Assembly (NCBI GenBank): GCA_039189765.1
Contig: JBCCYL010000005.1
Span: 64,001-128,000, forward strand
From: Cyanobacteria bacterium P01_F01_bin.150
GTDB lineage: Bacteria; Cyanobacteriota; Cyanobacteriia; CAKZMO01
DNA: 64,000 nucleotides
Direction: 5' to 3'
The notes under the pieces were generated by a model. The model made no database searches and was not told where the DNA came from. It was given only the letters and a program-made list of their open reading frames with translations. The position numbers and the translations under genes were made by a program. Below, in pieces: positions 22,387 to 32,868 of this stretch (the stretch's first letter is position 1; each line of letters begins with the position of its first letter).

Positions 22387-22430
22387 GGTACATTTAATTT
22401 CACGTCGTTACGCTAATGTATCCTATAAGA
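22387..22430. repeat. Degenerate REP palindrome
   Basis: GGTACATT..CACGTCGTTACGCTAATGTATCCTA aligns to the REP at 30993-31033. Confidence 0.6.
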
Positions 22431-22439
22431 GTCGATTCG

Positions 22440-22802
22440 CTATGATTCTCGAGAGCTAAAATGTCTTTGAGTTTCTCTCTCTTGACTAAAAGCATCTAAA
22501 AGATTAAATAAGATATCTAATGATATTTTCGTCGATTCATCGCAAGCTTCGCTGTCTTCCTCCAGATCAACTTCATAAATTTCTAGCTGAGAATCATAAT
22601 TAGACAAATCTGTTACTAGTTTTTTTATTTTGCCTGCAATCAAATCATGATCATTCTCATAAATAATAAACTCTGCAATAGGAGCATCTGAAGCCAGTGC
22701 TTTTCTAATATCACTCAGACTTTTTTCTGTATATTTCTTTATCAATATGAAGCTCTGATTATAGTTAGAGCTATTATTCAAATATAAGATTATTTTTGAC
22801 AT
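22440..22802 (-). CDS. Putative immunity protein for the upstream Tox-GHH nuclease
   Basis: AT-rich acidic 120-aa ORF with GAGG RBS, 21 bp downstream of the toxin stop. Confidence 0.65.
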   Translation of the reverse strand: MSKIILYLNNSSNYNQSFILIKKYTEKSLSDIRKALASDAPIAEFIIYENDHDLIAGKIKKLVTDLSNYDSQLEIYEVDLEEDSEACDESTKISLDILFNLLDAFSQERETQRHFSSRES

Positions 22803-22823
22803 TATTAATCTCCTCTCTTAAGT

Positions 22824-25800
22824 TTAAAACTCTTCTTCGAAGTCTGGATCAAGTGGAGAACCATGAGTTGAGTTTTGATAATCACCTCCATGCCAACGCT
22901 TCAAATGTTCATTTCTAGTTGTCGGGTAAATATAATCTGGATTATCGGCTAATTGAGGATAACTGAGCGCACTATATTTATGATGCCCTTCTATAGAAAT
23001 ATCATCAAATTTCGGTGTTTTTCCAGCAAGAATAGCTTCTTGCTGTTCTAAAGACCAGTTTCTTGTACCTGATTCACCTGTCTTTAAATTTCTTCTTTCT
23101 TTGGACCAAAATCTACTTACGCCTCTTGCTCTTCTGTTACCAAAACGACGATCCCAATCTAAATGATCCCATTCTTCCTTTGATAAAGTTCTATCACTTA
23201 ACTTTTGTTCTAGCTCTTGTTTTTGTGATGATGTTAAGGGCGAAAATGGTGTCCTGTAGCTAGGCATATCTTCCTCTTTTCGTGAAGAACCTATCCCCTT
23301 TTTCTCCATATCTTCACTAACAATTCTAGCCCGTTCCTGAGGACTAGAAGCTTTATCGATATCTTCTCTCTTATCATCAGTTAAATCAGCAGCTTTACAT
23401 ACTGAACAAACGTAAGTGTCACCATCGTCAGTGACCTTTACTTTATGACCACCGGGTAATTCTTCCTCCGCAACTTTGTCTCGTTCAACGTCTGCATTAT
23501 CGCGTTTTTGTTGAGTGCTATCAGAGGATTCCAGGGAGTCTTCAGAATCGGTGTCTGGGCTTTCTTTTTTATTACGTTTGTCGCGGATGCCTTTGGCCAT
23601 GCCCTTGAGTTTTCCAGCGATCGCCTTCCCTGCCGCCTTCAACTTACCGATGACCCATTGGGCAATGAAATTGAGGACAATAATTGCAGCAGAGGCAATC
23701 AAGCCAGCAAAAAGCGGTGCTGCGCTCCCCATCTTCACCGCTTGCAGGAAGCTGACAAACATAGTGAACGCTACCAAAACCTGACTTACAGTGCCCCAAG
23801 CCGCCATCAAGCTTTGGACAATGGTAATCACCGCTCCCACGGCTGGATTCAGCATCGAGATTAATTTCTCAATCAAGACTCCGAGGAGAATACCGGGAAT
23901 GGCCGCCACCAAGTTATCCCAAACCATGCCCCCGATCGCGCTCCAACTAAAGCCTCCCTGTTCCAAATCATCCACCTGTTCGGGGGCTAATCCCGTAATT
24001 TGCTGCACCTTGCCATCAAACCATCCCTGCGTCTGGCTTTGCATCTTGGGCCACAGCACATCTTCTTGGACGCCTCCTTGGACGCCAGAGCCAAAGTTGC
24101 TGATCCACTGACCGGGATTCGCTGCAATATCGGGAATAATCGCTTGCAATGCCCCGAACGCTTGAGCGGCACTTTGGGCCGTTTGTAAAATACCGCTGAT
24201 GGTACCACTAAGGCCGCTGACCACTGCATTTAAGCCCTGATTTAATAGCCCAAGGGCTGCATCTAAACCTTGTCCCAAAAGGTCGAGAGATTTTTGGATA
24301 CCCGTTTTCAGCCCCTCGGCCAGGGTATTGACGGTTTCCTCTGCTCGGTTGACCGCATCCTGAATAAAGCTACGATATCGATCACGAATTTGGGGGAATT
24401 TGGCCAGGAGGCGATCGCCCACCGCAATTAACGCATCCCCCACTCGCCGGATCACCCCAACAATCGCTTTTCGGCCTGCTTCAATGGCGGCAGTAGCCAG
24501 TTCTTTCGCTTTTTCGATCGCTGCTCGAATCGCCTTTCGGGCCGCATCAAAGGCCGCTTTAATCGCATTTTTAATTCCCTCAAAAAAGCCCTTGACCTTA
24601 TCCGCCATCCAGCCAAACACGCCACTGGATTCCTGCTGACCCTTGTGTTTTTCCGCTGCCGCTTGCTGCTCCCCTTTAATCCGCTCCTGCTCCGCCTGTT
24701 CTTCCCCTTTCTGAATTTCCTCAGACGCTTTGGATTCGGCGGTCCCCTTTTCAGTTTCAATCTCGGCCAACCCATCCGTAACCAATTGACTGGCTTCCGT
24801 TTGGGCAGAGGCTAATTCTGTATCCTGTTCCCCTTGCCAGTCCTGACGTAGGGTACTTACTTCAGCTTGAGCATTAGCTCGTTCGGTTTCCTGTTGTTGC
24901 AGGGTTTCCTGTTGGAGCTGAGCAATGTCTTGTTGCGATCTCGCCCGTTCATCCGCCACCGTTGCGGCATGGTCAGATTGCTGGGTTGCCATTTCTCCCT
25001 GAGCTTGGGCGATCGCGCCTTGAATCTCAGCCCCATGTTGCTCTTGGGCAATCACTGATGCCGCTTCTAAGCCAGCAGTACTTTGCTCAATGACAGCCGC
25101 AGCCCCACCTACAGCCCCACCACTAGTCCCCTGTAAGGTTTCCTGGGGCAACGTAGGATAAATGTCGCTCTCTCCCATTGACGCTAGGGCATCTTCCAGA
25201 CCTTTAGATTGAATATCAGCAGCACTGGCATTTAATTCAGCTTTCTGTTCTTGCGCCTTTTGTGGATCAGCATTCCCCGTGAGGTTCAGTTGAGGAGGAG
25301 ATCCAGCAGATGTAGAAGGTGCACCCATATCTTGAGTCGGCAACTGATTCACCGATGACGCAATCTGTTGAGCATCACCGCCAGATAGAGTGCCATCTTC
25401 ACTGCCTTGGACGTGGGGTGTCGGAATGGCAACTGGAGGCGCAGGCGCTACAGGTGGCGTAGGGGCTGGTTTCTCAACTGGAACTTCTGTCCCTTCTGGC
25501 GCGGGTGTTACTGATGTCGGAGTATCCGCAGTTGGAGCAGTCGCAGCCTTACTCCCCTCTTTTCCATTCGGTGTTTGAGCTGTTGGTGGATTTGCCGTTA
25601 AGGTCTCCTGCTCTTGGGTAACGCTATGGGCGATTGCCTGGGAAACCCCCCCCAACGCTGATTTCAACTGAGCGGGGGGCAGTGAGCTTACTCCGGCTAA
25701 GGCACTGGTGGGGTCTGATTTAGACACATCAGGAATCGCTGGAGTGGGTGGTGTTTGAACCGCAGCCCCACCGCCACCACCGCCACCGCCACCGCTTGGC

Positions 25801-27935
25801 CCCAGCGGTGATTCAGTTAAAGCCGATCGAGCAATACTTTGTTCCGTGGGCGAAAGTAAAGGACCTTCAGTACTCCGCTGTTCTGCCGGAACGGCTGAGA
25901 GACGCTGCTGCATGGCGATCGCCTCAGCCCCCTCATCCACATTGCCCCCTTGCACTTCCGGCACGCCTCCACTAGGCATTGCCCCACCGCCGCCACTGCT
26001 GGATTGTTGGGGGGATGTTCCTCCTGACGATTGCTCAGATTGGGCCGATGATGGTGCTGATAGCCCGGTTACTTCACCAGCATTTAGCGTTTGGAGATTC
26101 GGATCACTTTGTTCTGGGGCATTTTGAAGATGAGCCTCTGGAGTAGCCTCTCCCGTTGCTGAGGAATCCTCTGGAGATAACAGATTTTGAGCAATATCTG
26201 GCACTGCCCCTTTAACGCGATCCAGTTTTTGCCGATCGGCTTCTCCTTTAACGCCTCCAGCAATCGTTTTTCCAGCCTCACCAAAGGTGCCACCCACACC
26301 ATGCTTTAATCCTTGGACTGTGGCTTGTTTCACCGCTTGTTTTTTCAGCCATGCTTTAGTCCCTTTTCCTTTCACTACTTTATCGGCTACTTTGTCCCCG
26401 ACCACTGCCGCCGGACCTTTCAAAATACTCTTAGGGACGGGATGTTCAAATCCTTGGTGTACTTTATCTAAGGATTTACCCACGTTGCCAACTTTTTGGC
26501 CGACCACTTTACTGCCTTGGGCGATCGCCTTATTTCCGCCGCCTAAGACTTTCCCTGCTTTCGGAATCACCTTGCTTGCTGCCTTGGCCCCTTTCCCTGC
26601 TAGGCCAACGGCATCACCAAAACCAGGAATCGCCGCAACACTTGATAGAGCTGCATTGCCCCAGTCCCCTTCTGCTGCGTACAAACCGGCATTGGCAAGG
26701 TCGGCGATCGCTCCCACCCCAGGAATAAAACCAGCCACATCTAAAGCTGTATGGGTTTCGTCTCGATATTTATCAAAAAAGCCAGACTCTTTATCTGTTT
26801 CCTGTTCTTGTTGCCGCGCCTGAATGGCTTCATCCTTCTGACATTTTGAGCATAGTCGCTGCACCTCATTGACTGGTGCTAAGGCCTGTCGCGATTTAGG
26901 CTGAATCTTTCCACCCGTCTGCTGAATCGTATGGGTCAGCTCATGGGCCAACAATTCCTTACCGCCACTCGACCCCGGATTATACTTCCCAGAATTAAAA
27001 TAAATATCCTGCCCATGGGTAAACGCCTGCGCCCCGATCGCCCCTGCCTCTTTCGGTGCCTCATGGATCCGCACGCCGCTAAAATCCGCCCCAAAGCGCG
27101 GTTCCATAAACGATCGCGTCTTATCCGATAGCGGACTGCCCCCACCCCGATGTTTACCTAAATCCGTCTCAAAATTATCGGGAGCCGCCAGCGGTTCTGC
27201 CCGCATCTGAATTAATGGCTTGGTGTGAACGGGTTCCTCATCTTCCACCTGAGACGGCTGGGAAAATGCCTGTATCCGAATTAGGGGTTCTCGTTGAATC
27301 GGTTCATCTTCTTCCTGCTGTCGCTGTAGCCCTGGCTTTGGAATTAGGCCATAGGGATCGGGGACAAACGAGTCAGGCATCGCCATCACCTGGGCGGCAG
27401 TACGATTCTCCTTTGGAGACGCTGCGCGAACGGCTTCCTGCTCATACTTATCTCCTGGTCGGCCAATGGTGAGCTTGGGCTGAATTCTGTGCTTTAGCTC
27501 GTCTTTTTCCTCCTGGACTCGTTGGGCAATCTCCTGCTGCCGCATTAACACCCCGATATTTAATTTGGGCTGAATCGGAGTTTCATCCTCGTCCCCATTC
27601 GTTGCCCGAGAAATGCCAGGAGTCCCTGTTTCGTCATCGTCTTCCCCCCCATCGCTGGCCGATTGGCGCTGAAGCAACACATTAGATTCCGGTTCGGCCT
27701 CTTCTGTTTGTCGCTGTAATGCTTGCCGTTGTACTGTTTTGCTAAAGCTATGGCCAAACTGGAGCGCATGGGCTATTTGTGCCTCTGCACTGGGATAGCC
27801 AGATTCAGACTGGTCACTATCCATCTCCCAATCTGATGTTGATTTTTGATGGGTTCCATAGCGCTGTAGCGGCTTATTACCTGGAGCCGACACATGGGGA
27901 GACGATTTGCCGTTGACGGGGGGATGGTGACTCAT
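22824..27935 (-). CDS. DUF4157 (eCIS core) polymorphic toxin with PT-TG motif and C-terminal Tox-GHH (HNH-like) nuclease
   Basis: MEPRFGADFSGVRIH..AFTHGQDIYF..LLAHELTHTIQQ; LDVAGFIPGVGAIAD..GDW; C-terminal FW.KE..GTRNWS.EQ..EGHH..YPQLADNP..EH..WHGG. Confidence 0.88.
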   Translation of the reverse strand: MSHHPPVNGKSSPHVSAPGNKPLQRYGTHQKSTSDWEMDSDQSESGYPSAEAQIAHALQFGHSFSKTVQRQALQRQTEEAEPESNVLLQRQSASDGGEDDDETGTPGISRATNGDEDETPIQPKLNIGVLMRQQEIAQRVQEEKDELKHRIQPKLTIGRPGDKYEQEAVRAASPKENRTAAQVMAMPDSFVPDPYGLIPKPGLQRQQEEDEPIQREPLIRIQAFSQPSQVEDEEPVHTKPLIQMRAEPLAAPDNFETDLGKHRGGGSPLSDKTRSFMEPRFGADFSGVRIHEAPKEAGAIGAQAFTHGQDIYFNSGKYNPGSSGGKELLAHELTHTIQQTGGKIQPKSRQALAPVNEVQRLCSKCQKDEAIQARQQEQETDKESGFFDKYRDETHTALDVAGFIPGVGAIADLANAGLYAAEGDWGNAALSSVAAIPGFGDAVGLAGKGAKAASKVIPKAGKVLGGGNKAIAQGSKVVGQKVGNVGKSLDKVHQGFEHPVPKSILKGPAAVVGDKVADKVVKGKGTKAWLKKQAVKQATVQGLKHGVGGTFGEAGKTIAGGVKGEADRQKLDRVKGAVPDIAQNLLSPEDSSATGEATPEAHLQNAPEQSDPNLQTLNAGEVTGLSAPSSAQSEQSSGGTSPQQSSSGGGGAMPSGGVPEVQGGNVDEGAEAIAMQQRLSAVPAEQRSTEGPLLSPTEQSIARSALTESPLGPSGGGGGGGGGAAVQTPPTPAIPDVSKSDPTSALAGVSSLPPAQLKSALGGVSQAIAHSVTQEQETLTANPPTAQTPNGKEGSKAATAPTADTPTSVTPAPEGTEVPVEKPAPTPPVAPAPPVAIPTPHVQGSEDGTLSGGDAQQIASSVNQLPTQDMGAPSTSAGSPPQLNLTGNADPQKAQEQKAELNASAADIQSKGLEDALASMGESDIYPTLPQETLQGTSGGAVGGAAAVIEQSTAGLEAASVIAQEQHGAEIQGAIAQAQGEMATQQSDHAATVADERARSQQDIAQLQQETLQQQETERANAQAEVSTLRQDWQGEQDTELASAQTEASQLVTDGLAEIETEKGTAESKASEEIQKGEEQAEQERIKGEQQAAAEKHKGQQESSGVFGWMADKVKGFFEGIKNAIKAAFDAARKAIRAAIEKAKELATAAIEAGRKAIVGVIRRVGDALIAVGDRLLAKFPQIRDRYRSFIQDAVNRAEETVNTLAEGLKTGIQKSLDLLGQGLDAALGLLNQGLNAVVSGLSGTISGILQTAQSAAQAFGALQAIIPDIAANPGQWISNFGSGVQGGVQEDVLWPKMQSQTQGWFDGKVQQITGLAPEQVDDLEQGGFSWSAIGGMVWDNLVAAIPGILLGVLIEKLISMLNPAVGAVITIVQSLMAAWGTVSQVLVAFTMFVSFLQAVKMGSAAPLFAGLIASAAIIVLNFIAQWVIGKLKAAGKAIAGKLKGMAKGIRDKRNKKESPDTDSEDSLESSDSTQQKRDNADVERDKVAEEELPGGHKVKVTDDGDTYVCSVCKAADLTDDKREDIDKASSPQERARIVSEDMEKKGIGSSRKEEDMPSYRTPFSPLTSSQKQELEQKLSDRTLSKEEWDHLDWDRRFGNRRARGVSRFWSKERRNLKTGESGTRNWSLEQQEAILAGKTPKFDDISIEGHHKYSALSYPQLADNPDYIYPTTRNEHLKRWHGGDYQNSTHGSPLDPDFEEEF

Positions 27936-28103
27936 GGCTATAACGTGTGGCTGGGACCTATGACGTTGATCTTTCCGGGCAGAGCACGTATCGCATCTTA
28001 GCAGTTAGCTCTCTGATTGTGACGCATAATCTTCTGCAGCAATGGTAAACGTTACAACACTTTTTGCTGGATAATAAATACAAATGGATAATGGATCTTA
28101 GCA

Positions 28104-28706
28104 ATGGCCTACAGTCAGTTCAAAACCCTGACCAGCGTTAAGGAAGCCTTTGGGATTACCACCCAGGAAGGCATCCGGTTTTTGCCAGATTTAGAGCCAA
28201 TTCAGCCATCTACAACGCTCCACAGTTTTTTTGGCTACAGTCTACCCGTTGCGGTTGCAACAGGCAGCGAAAAAGCGCGATCGGAGTTAATTATTAGCCC
28301 CGTCCTGCTAGAAGTGCGTCAGATTTTGCAACAGCGCATTAGCTTCTTTTCGGGGGAAGACTTTACGGTGGATGATTCAGTGGGGCTAAACGGCACCTGT
28401 GACTTCCTGCTGAGTCGTTCCACTGAACTGATTGAAATTGAAGCTCCGGTCTTTATTTTGGTGGAGGCCAAAAAGGCAGATTTGAAATCTGGGCTGGGCC
28501 AATGCGCTGCTGAAATGATTGCCGCTCAGCGCTTTAACCAGGTGAGGGGCCAAGATATTACCACCATTTACGGGTGTGTCAGCAGTGGTACCCAGTGGCG
28601 CTTTATGCAATTGGAAGAGCAGCAGTTGACTATCGATCTATATGATTATCCGCTGCCGCCCGTGGGGCAAATTTTAGCGTTTTTGGCGTGGATGGCAGAG
28701 CACTAA
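28104..28706 (+). CDS. Cyanobacterial PD-(D/E)XK restriction-endonuclease-like protein
   Basis: EKARSE, GTCDF..VEAKK..GLGQCAAEMIAAQRFN, YGCVSSGTQW. Confidence 0.82.
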   Translation: MAYSQFKTLTSVKEAFGITTQEGIRFLPDLEPIQPSTTLHSFFGYSLPVAVATGSEKARSELIISPVLLEVRQILQQRISFFSGEDFTVDDSVGLNGTCDFLLSRSTELIEIEAPVFILVEAKKADLKSGLGQCAAEMIAAQRFNQVRGQDITTIYGCVSSGTQWRFMQLEEQQLTIDLYDYPLPPVGQILAFLAWMAEH

Positions 28707-28734
28707 CCTTGAATAAGGCGATCGCCTTCCGCAA

Positions 28735-28799
28735 AGATCCCAGGGTTCTGGCCAAATCTTTTGGTTTAATCAAGAAACTCGCATAGAACCCTGGGATCT
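28735..28799. repeat. AGATCCCAGGGTTCT..AGAACCCTGGGATCT palindromic element
   Basis: Perfect 15-bp inverted arms between convergent genes; also at 39865, 50582 and, as one arm, 62949. Confidence 0.8.
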
Positions 28800-28821
28800 G
28801 GCGACGGACATATCGCCTAAT

Positions 28822-29094
28822 CTACGGCACTTGGCTACCAGCTAACGATTTAAGCCCAACGATGCGTTTGGTCAAAATGCGCATCACTTCGCTTGTCGAG
28901 TTGGGGGCGGGCAAGGGCTGTGACCACTCATGGGGTTCGGCATAACCAAGCTGATACATCTTGATAATGTGCTGGTTGACCACGGCTGGAGCACCGATGG
29001 CAATCACCCGCAGGATTTCAGCTTCTCCATGGTCTGGAACATCAGGATGCACAAAGTTGCCGAGCCGTTGGGCTTGGTTAATGGATGTCGTCAT
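28822..29094 (-). CDS. Small conserved hypothetical protein (IGxP..GYAEPHEWSQPLP..EVMRIL), copy A
   Basis: CAGGAG RBS before ATG 29094; near-identical paralogue at 62548-62817; alternative in-frame ATG at 29190. Confidence 0.75.
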   Translation of the reverse strand: MTTSINQAQRLGNFVHPDVPDHGEAEILRVIAIGAPAVVNQHIIKMYQLGYAEPHEWSQPLPAPNSTSEVMRILTKRIVGLKSLAGSQVP

Positions 29095-29294
29095 TAGAAC
29101 ACTCCTGTTTTGTTGTTGTAGGAGCACCCAAAGGACACGCCATCCCAAAAATATTGCAGAACAATATGGGATGGCGTTCAGGAGTGTCATAATACCTGAT
29201 AGCCAATCCGTCTGCTCGTACAGATGGGTTGGTTAGTCCTCTAGCTGTGTGTCAGCACATCTAGGGGACGCTTTTCGCGTTTTTGGGCGCTTGA
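29095..29294 (-). ncRNA. Putative structured RNA leader, copy A
   Basis: Three hairpins plus ACACTCCTG/CAGGAGTGT pairing over the RBS; several differences from copy B fall in predicted loops. Confidence 0.5.
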
Positions 29295-29300
29295 CAGCAG

Positions 29301-29329
29301 AGCATATCAGAAGCAAGGACAAGAAACAA
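29301..29329 (-). promoter_or_regulatory. Putative sigma-70 promoter TTGTTT-17 bp-TATGCT (extended -10)
   Basis: Both hexamers and spacing conserved in copy B while spacer bases vary. Confidence 0.45.
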
Positions 29330-29454
29330 CCGTATGCTCCAAAGCGATAAAAAGACGCTTAACGATTGGAAATACTCCGGGCCGCACGATGATTTTACCG
29401 TCGAGGATGATATTGATATTCTAGTTGAGCGCAACAGCCTAAGAGAGTATACAA

Positions 29455-30180
29455 ATGAGCAATAACAGCCCTGTTCGCCCACAATATCAATTTGAATCCA
29501 GTCATTTTTATTTTAGTCTTCTTCGCCTCACTGATAATGAATATCAAGAGTTTAGAACTAGAAGCTTTCCCATACGCTATGACACTATGGTGTTATGGTC
29601 TTTAAGGCAAAAAAGCCAAAATAATCCAAACTTATTAATGCTGCCTAAGTTGCTTATTTTATTGGAAAAAGAGTTTGGTCGCAGCTCAAAAGCTTATGAT
29701 TCTTGGAAACAAGGATTTTATTTTCCATTTTTATTAAAGATTCAGAAACCAAGTGGTCCCTTTTATTATTTACTGGTGATTGCTGATTATCGTGGAGGAA
29801 TTGACTTTAGTCTTTATCGAGTTATTGATGATGCTAAATTCTCAGAAAAAGAACCAGAGGTCTATCAGTCACCGATAGAAGATGAGCTATCTGATCTGGA
29901 GATTGCCCATGTTGTCAGTTATATTTGGGGATTCTATAAAGGATATGCTAATTCTTATTTTGCTCAGAATCCTCACATTACGCCGTTCTTTAGATATATT
30001 GCATCAGAAAATTTAGTCTATGGTTATTGGGACGATCAGTTTTTTGAAAGAGTGTTTGAAGATGATAATTCTTGTCGAATACTTGTGAAAGCATTAGATG
30101 ATAAATACGGTAAATCATCCAAATCAGTTGAGGATGAGATATGCCAAACTCAAGAGATGATTCTTAAAATAATTACCTAA
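29455..30180 (+). CDS. Hypothetical protein (AT-rich, aromatic-rich)
   Basis: 241-aa open frame in AT-rich DNA; no family recognised. Confidence 0.7.
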   Translation: MSNNSPVRPQYQFESSHFYFSLLRLTDNEYQEFRTRSFPIRYDTMVLWSLRQKSQNNPNLLMLPKLLILLEKEFGRSSKAYDSWKQGFYFPFLLKIQKPSGPFYYLLVIADYRGGIDFSLYRVIDDAKFSEKEPEVYQSPIEDELSDLEIAHVVSYIWGFYKGYANSYFAQNPHITPFFRYIASENLVYGYWDDQFFERVFEDDNSCRILVKALDDKYGKSSKSVEDEICQTQEMILKIIT

Positions 30181-30267
30181 TAATGTAATCCTATCCTGTG
30201 AGAATTTAAGCTATCGTTAAAGTGATGTTGATGCGATCGCACTCCCTGCAACATCTAGAGTTGATTT

Positions 30268-30310
30268 GGTGCATTACGCTTCACTTCGTTACGCTAATGT
30301 ATCTTATGCG
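30268..30310. repeat. REP palindrome upstream of RAYT
   Basis: GGTGCATTACGCTTCACTTCGTTACGCTAATGTATCTTA matches the REP consensus. Confidence 0.7.
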
Positions 30311-30379
30311 AGAGCTACGCGATCGCATCCTGACGCTCTTTTCTGGGCATTGTAAGGGAGCTGTCATTTCTCCATCTGA

Positions 30380-30931
30380 ATGCCAAATTATCGTAGAGCG
30401 TATGTTGCTGGCGGTACGTATTTTCTCACTCAGGTGACCTATCGGAGGGAACGTTGGTTTTGTGGAAAGGTGGGGCGCAGGGCATTGAGAGAAGCGATTA
30501 TCAATGTTCAGCAGAAATATACGTTTTCAATTGATGCGTTTGTGTTGTTGCCGGATCATTTTCATTGTTTGTGGACGCTGCCACCAGGGGATAGTGATTT
30601 TTCGGTACGATTACGGCTGATAAAATCCTATGTGACTAAGCATTATGCTCAAGAATTGGGCATTAAACACCCTCTTTCCGAGTCACGACAGCGTCGGGGT
30701 GAAAGCAATCTTTGGCAACGTCGTTTTTGGGAGCATTTAATTCGGGATGAGCGGGATTTTGCGTTGCATTGTGATTATATTCATATTAATCCGGTGAAGC
30801 ATAGATTATGTAAGATGCCGCAGGATTGGCCCTTCTCAAGTGTGCATCGGTTTATTTTCCAAAGTATTCACCCAGCAAATTGGGGACACGATAGTTTGCC
30901 CCAATTGCCTCCCGAAATTGGTGAAGAATAA
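30380..30931 (+). CDS. rayT: REP-associated tyrosine transposase (RAYT / TnpA-REP, Y1 HUH family)
   Basis: MPNYRR..GGTYFLT, FVLLPDHFHCLW (HUH), LWQRRFWEHLIRDE, YIHINPVKH, WPFSS; REPs on both sides. Confidence 0.93.
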   Translation: MPNYRRAYVAGGTYFLTQVTYRRERWFCGKVGRRALREAIINVQQKYTFSIDAFVLLPDHFHCLWTLPPGDSDFSVRLRLIKSYVTKHYAQELGIKHPLSESRQRRGESNLWQRRFWEHLIRDERDFALHCDYIHINPVKHRLCKMPQDWPFSSVHRFIFQSIHPANWGHDSLPQLPPEIGEE

Positions 30932-31043
30932 CCATCACGTAGGGTGGATTAGCGATAGCGTAATCCACCGATTCCACATTCAAAAAATTAATGGTGCATT
31001 ACGCTCCACGTTGTTACGCTAATGCACCCTACGCGAGTGCGAT
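30870..31043 (+). repeat. ~170-bp direct repeat copy 1 (RAYT 3' end plus REP doublet 30938-31033)
   Basis: Near-identical to 32869-33043; REP doublet CGTAGGGTGGATTAGCGATAGCGTAATCCACC..GGTGCATTACGC..GCTAATGCACCCTACG. Confidence 0.9.
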
Positions 31044-31135
31044 CGCGCTTTTATTCGAGGTGCCCTTGGGAGTTTGCGATCGCCTAATATAATCTTTAGC
31101 CGATCGTCTCGACAATATTTTTTCTTCCTTATATA

Positions 31136-32638
31136 TTATTGAAAAATCTTTTTTAGGTCGTCATAATTGTTTCCATTTAAGGTGCTAACTGCCTGTGGAG
31201 CAGTCATTTTTTCATTGTTTTGAGCATTAATATCAGCCCCGCTATTTAACAGTAGTTTTGGAAGGGTAACATCTGTATTGACGAGTTCTGCGAGATCTGA
31301 TGTCAGACGCTTACGCTCAGCATTATTTACGGCCCAAATTAGGGGTGTATTGCCTCGATTATCTCTAGCATTAATCTCGGCACCTGCTTGAATTAATAAT
31401 CCTGCGGCTTGGGTATTGTTGATTCTTCTTGAGGTATGGAATAATGGCGTCTAGCCATTGTTATCTTTAGCATTCACATCGGCACCATTTTCAAGTAAAA
31501 GCTCTGCTAAGTCTGTGTTGTAAACGCAAGGTTCTCCCCAAAATGCAAGGGTGATACCTTCATAACCTTTGGCTTTATATCGTGGGGTCTGACAATCTTC
31601 TTTTGTGATTTCCATTGCCAGATGCATCGGTGTCCGACCTTGAGCATCGGGTTCATTGACATTGAGTCCTTCGTTGAGAAACAGTTGGGCGATTTCTTGG
31701 GAATTGCCACTGTGATAAAAGGCTACTTCCCAGGATGCGGCTGTGTGTAGAGGGGTTCTGCCTTGCTTATCTCTGGCATTTATATCCGCACCACTCTGTA
31801 AGAGGCCTTCGGCAACCTCGGCTGATGGAGCAGTGTGTAAGGGGGTTAAGCCCTGCTCAGTTTTGGCATGGATATCTGCGCCCTGCTCGATTAGTGCCCT
31901 TGCGACTTCTCCTGAACTGGCCTGATGCAGCGGTGTTCGGTCTCTCAGAATACTTGAATCACTATTCTTGGCATTGATATCAAATCCATGTTCAAGCAGA
32001 ACTGCAACAACACCGCTTGTTTTAGCGTGATGCAGTGGAGTCTTTCCAAAATCGCACCAAGATGTATCATATTTTTCTTTGTGGGACTTTCTCTGGGCAT
32101 CAGAGCACAGAGGGTCGGTGATATGGGCAAAAAGAGTTGTAGCAGTTGCCTTTGATCGAGCGGTATGGAAAGGCGTCAGGAAAGAGGCAATGTGGCTACC
32201 ATTGGCGTTAGAAGACTTGCTTATGGCAACATCATAGGGATTAGCGCCATGCTCCAACAGTATCTCTGCAACTTTTTCTGAGCTAGCTGTATGGAGTGGT
32301 GTTTGGCCAAAATGATCTCTTGCATCAATATCTGCGCCTTTGTCGATTAAATATTCTGCGACTTCATGGGTTCCAGCCCAATGAAGTAGGGTTTGGTATC
32401 CATAGGTTCTATGACCGATTACATGGGGGCTACCACCACGCTGAAAAAAGCTTTTGACCGTTGCAAGATCGCCTGCTTCTGCGGCTTCGAAGATTTTGGT
32501 TGGGGTTTGGTCTAGAAGGACGGCTAGTTTGAAACCAGCAATGGGTCTATAGAACAGGTAGCGAAAGTAATAAAGCAAGAGGAATAGGGGAATTCCAAGT
32601 AACAGAATTTGATATCGTTTTGGTTTGCTCTTAAACAT
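31136..32638 (-). pseudogene. Membrane-anchored ankyrin-repeat protein with in-frame TAG
   Basis: N-terminal TM helix and many GxTPLH..GADINA repeats; TAG at 31451-31453 lies within KDNNG*TPLFH and the frame continues through two more ankyrin repeats to TAA at 31136. Confidence 0.8.
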
Positions 32639-32868
32639 TGTTTTGATGATAGTGCTGGCCCTGATTGATAATATTCTCTCGAACTTTAGGTAAACATTAT
32701 TTCGGTTTTTATGGGGTGGTTGCGATCGCCCTTTTGCATTGCGATCGCCCTTTTGCGTTGCGATCGCTGATTTCTTAGACTCTCCAAACAATAAAAGCAA
32801 TACGTTAGTCCCTCACCCTACCAATCCTCCAAAATCCAAAATCGGAAATCCAAAATCGAAAGGTCTTT

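Larger units (their letters stand above)
28428..29339. repeat. Left arm of a ~0.9-kb inverted repeat (partner 62302-63270)
   Basis: 28428-28752 matches the reverse complement of 62946-63270, and about 28835-29339 matches that of about 62302-62805, with few substitutions. Confidence 0.9.

Noticed and set aside
30380..30931. IS200/IS605 insertion sequence
   Set aside because: No tnpB; WQRRFWEH and NPVKH motifs plus flanking REPs indicate RAYT rather than an IS200 TnpA
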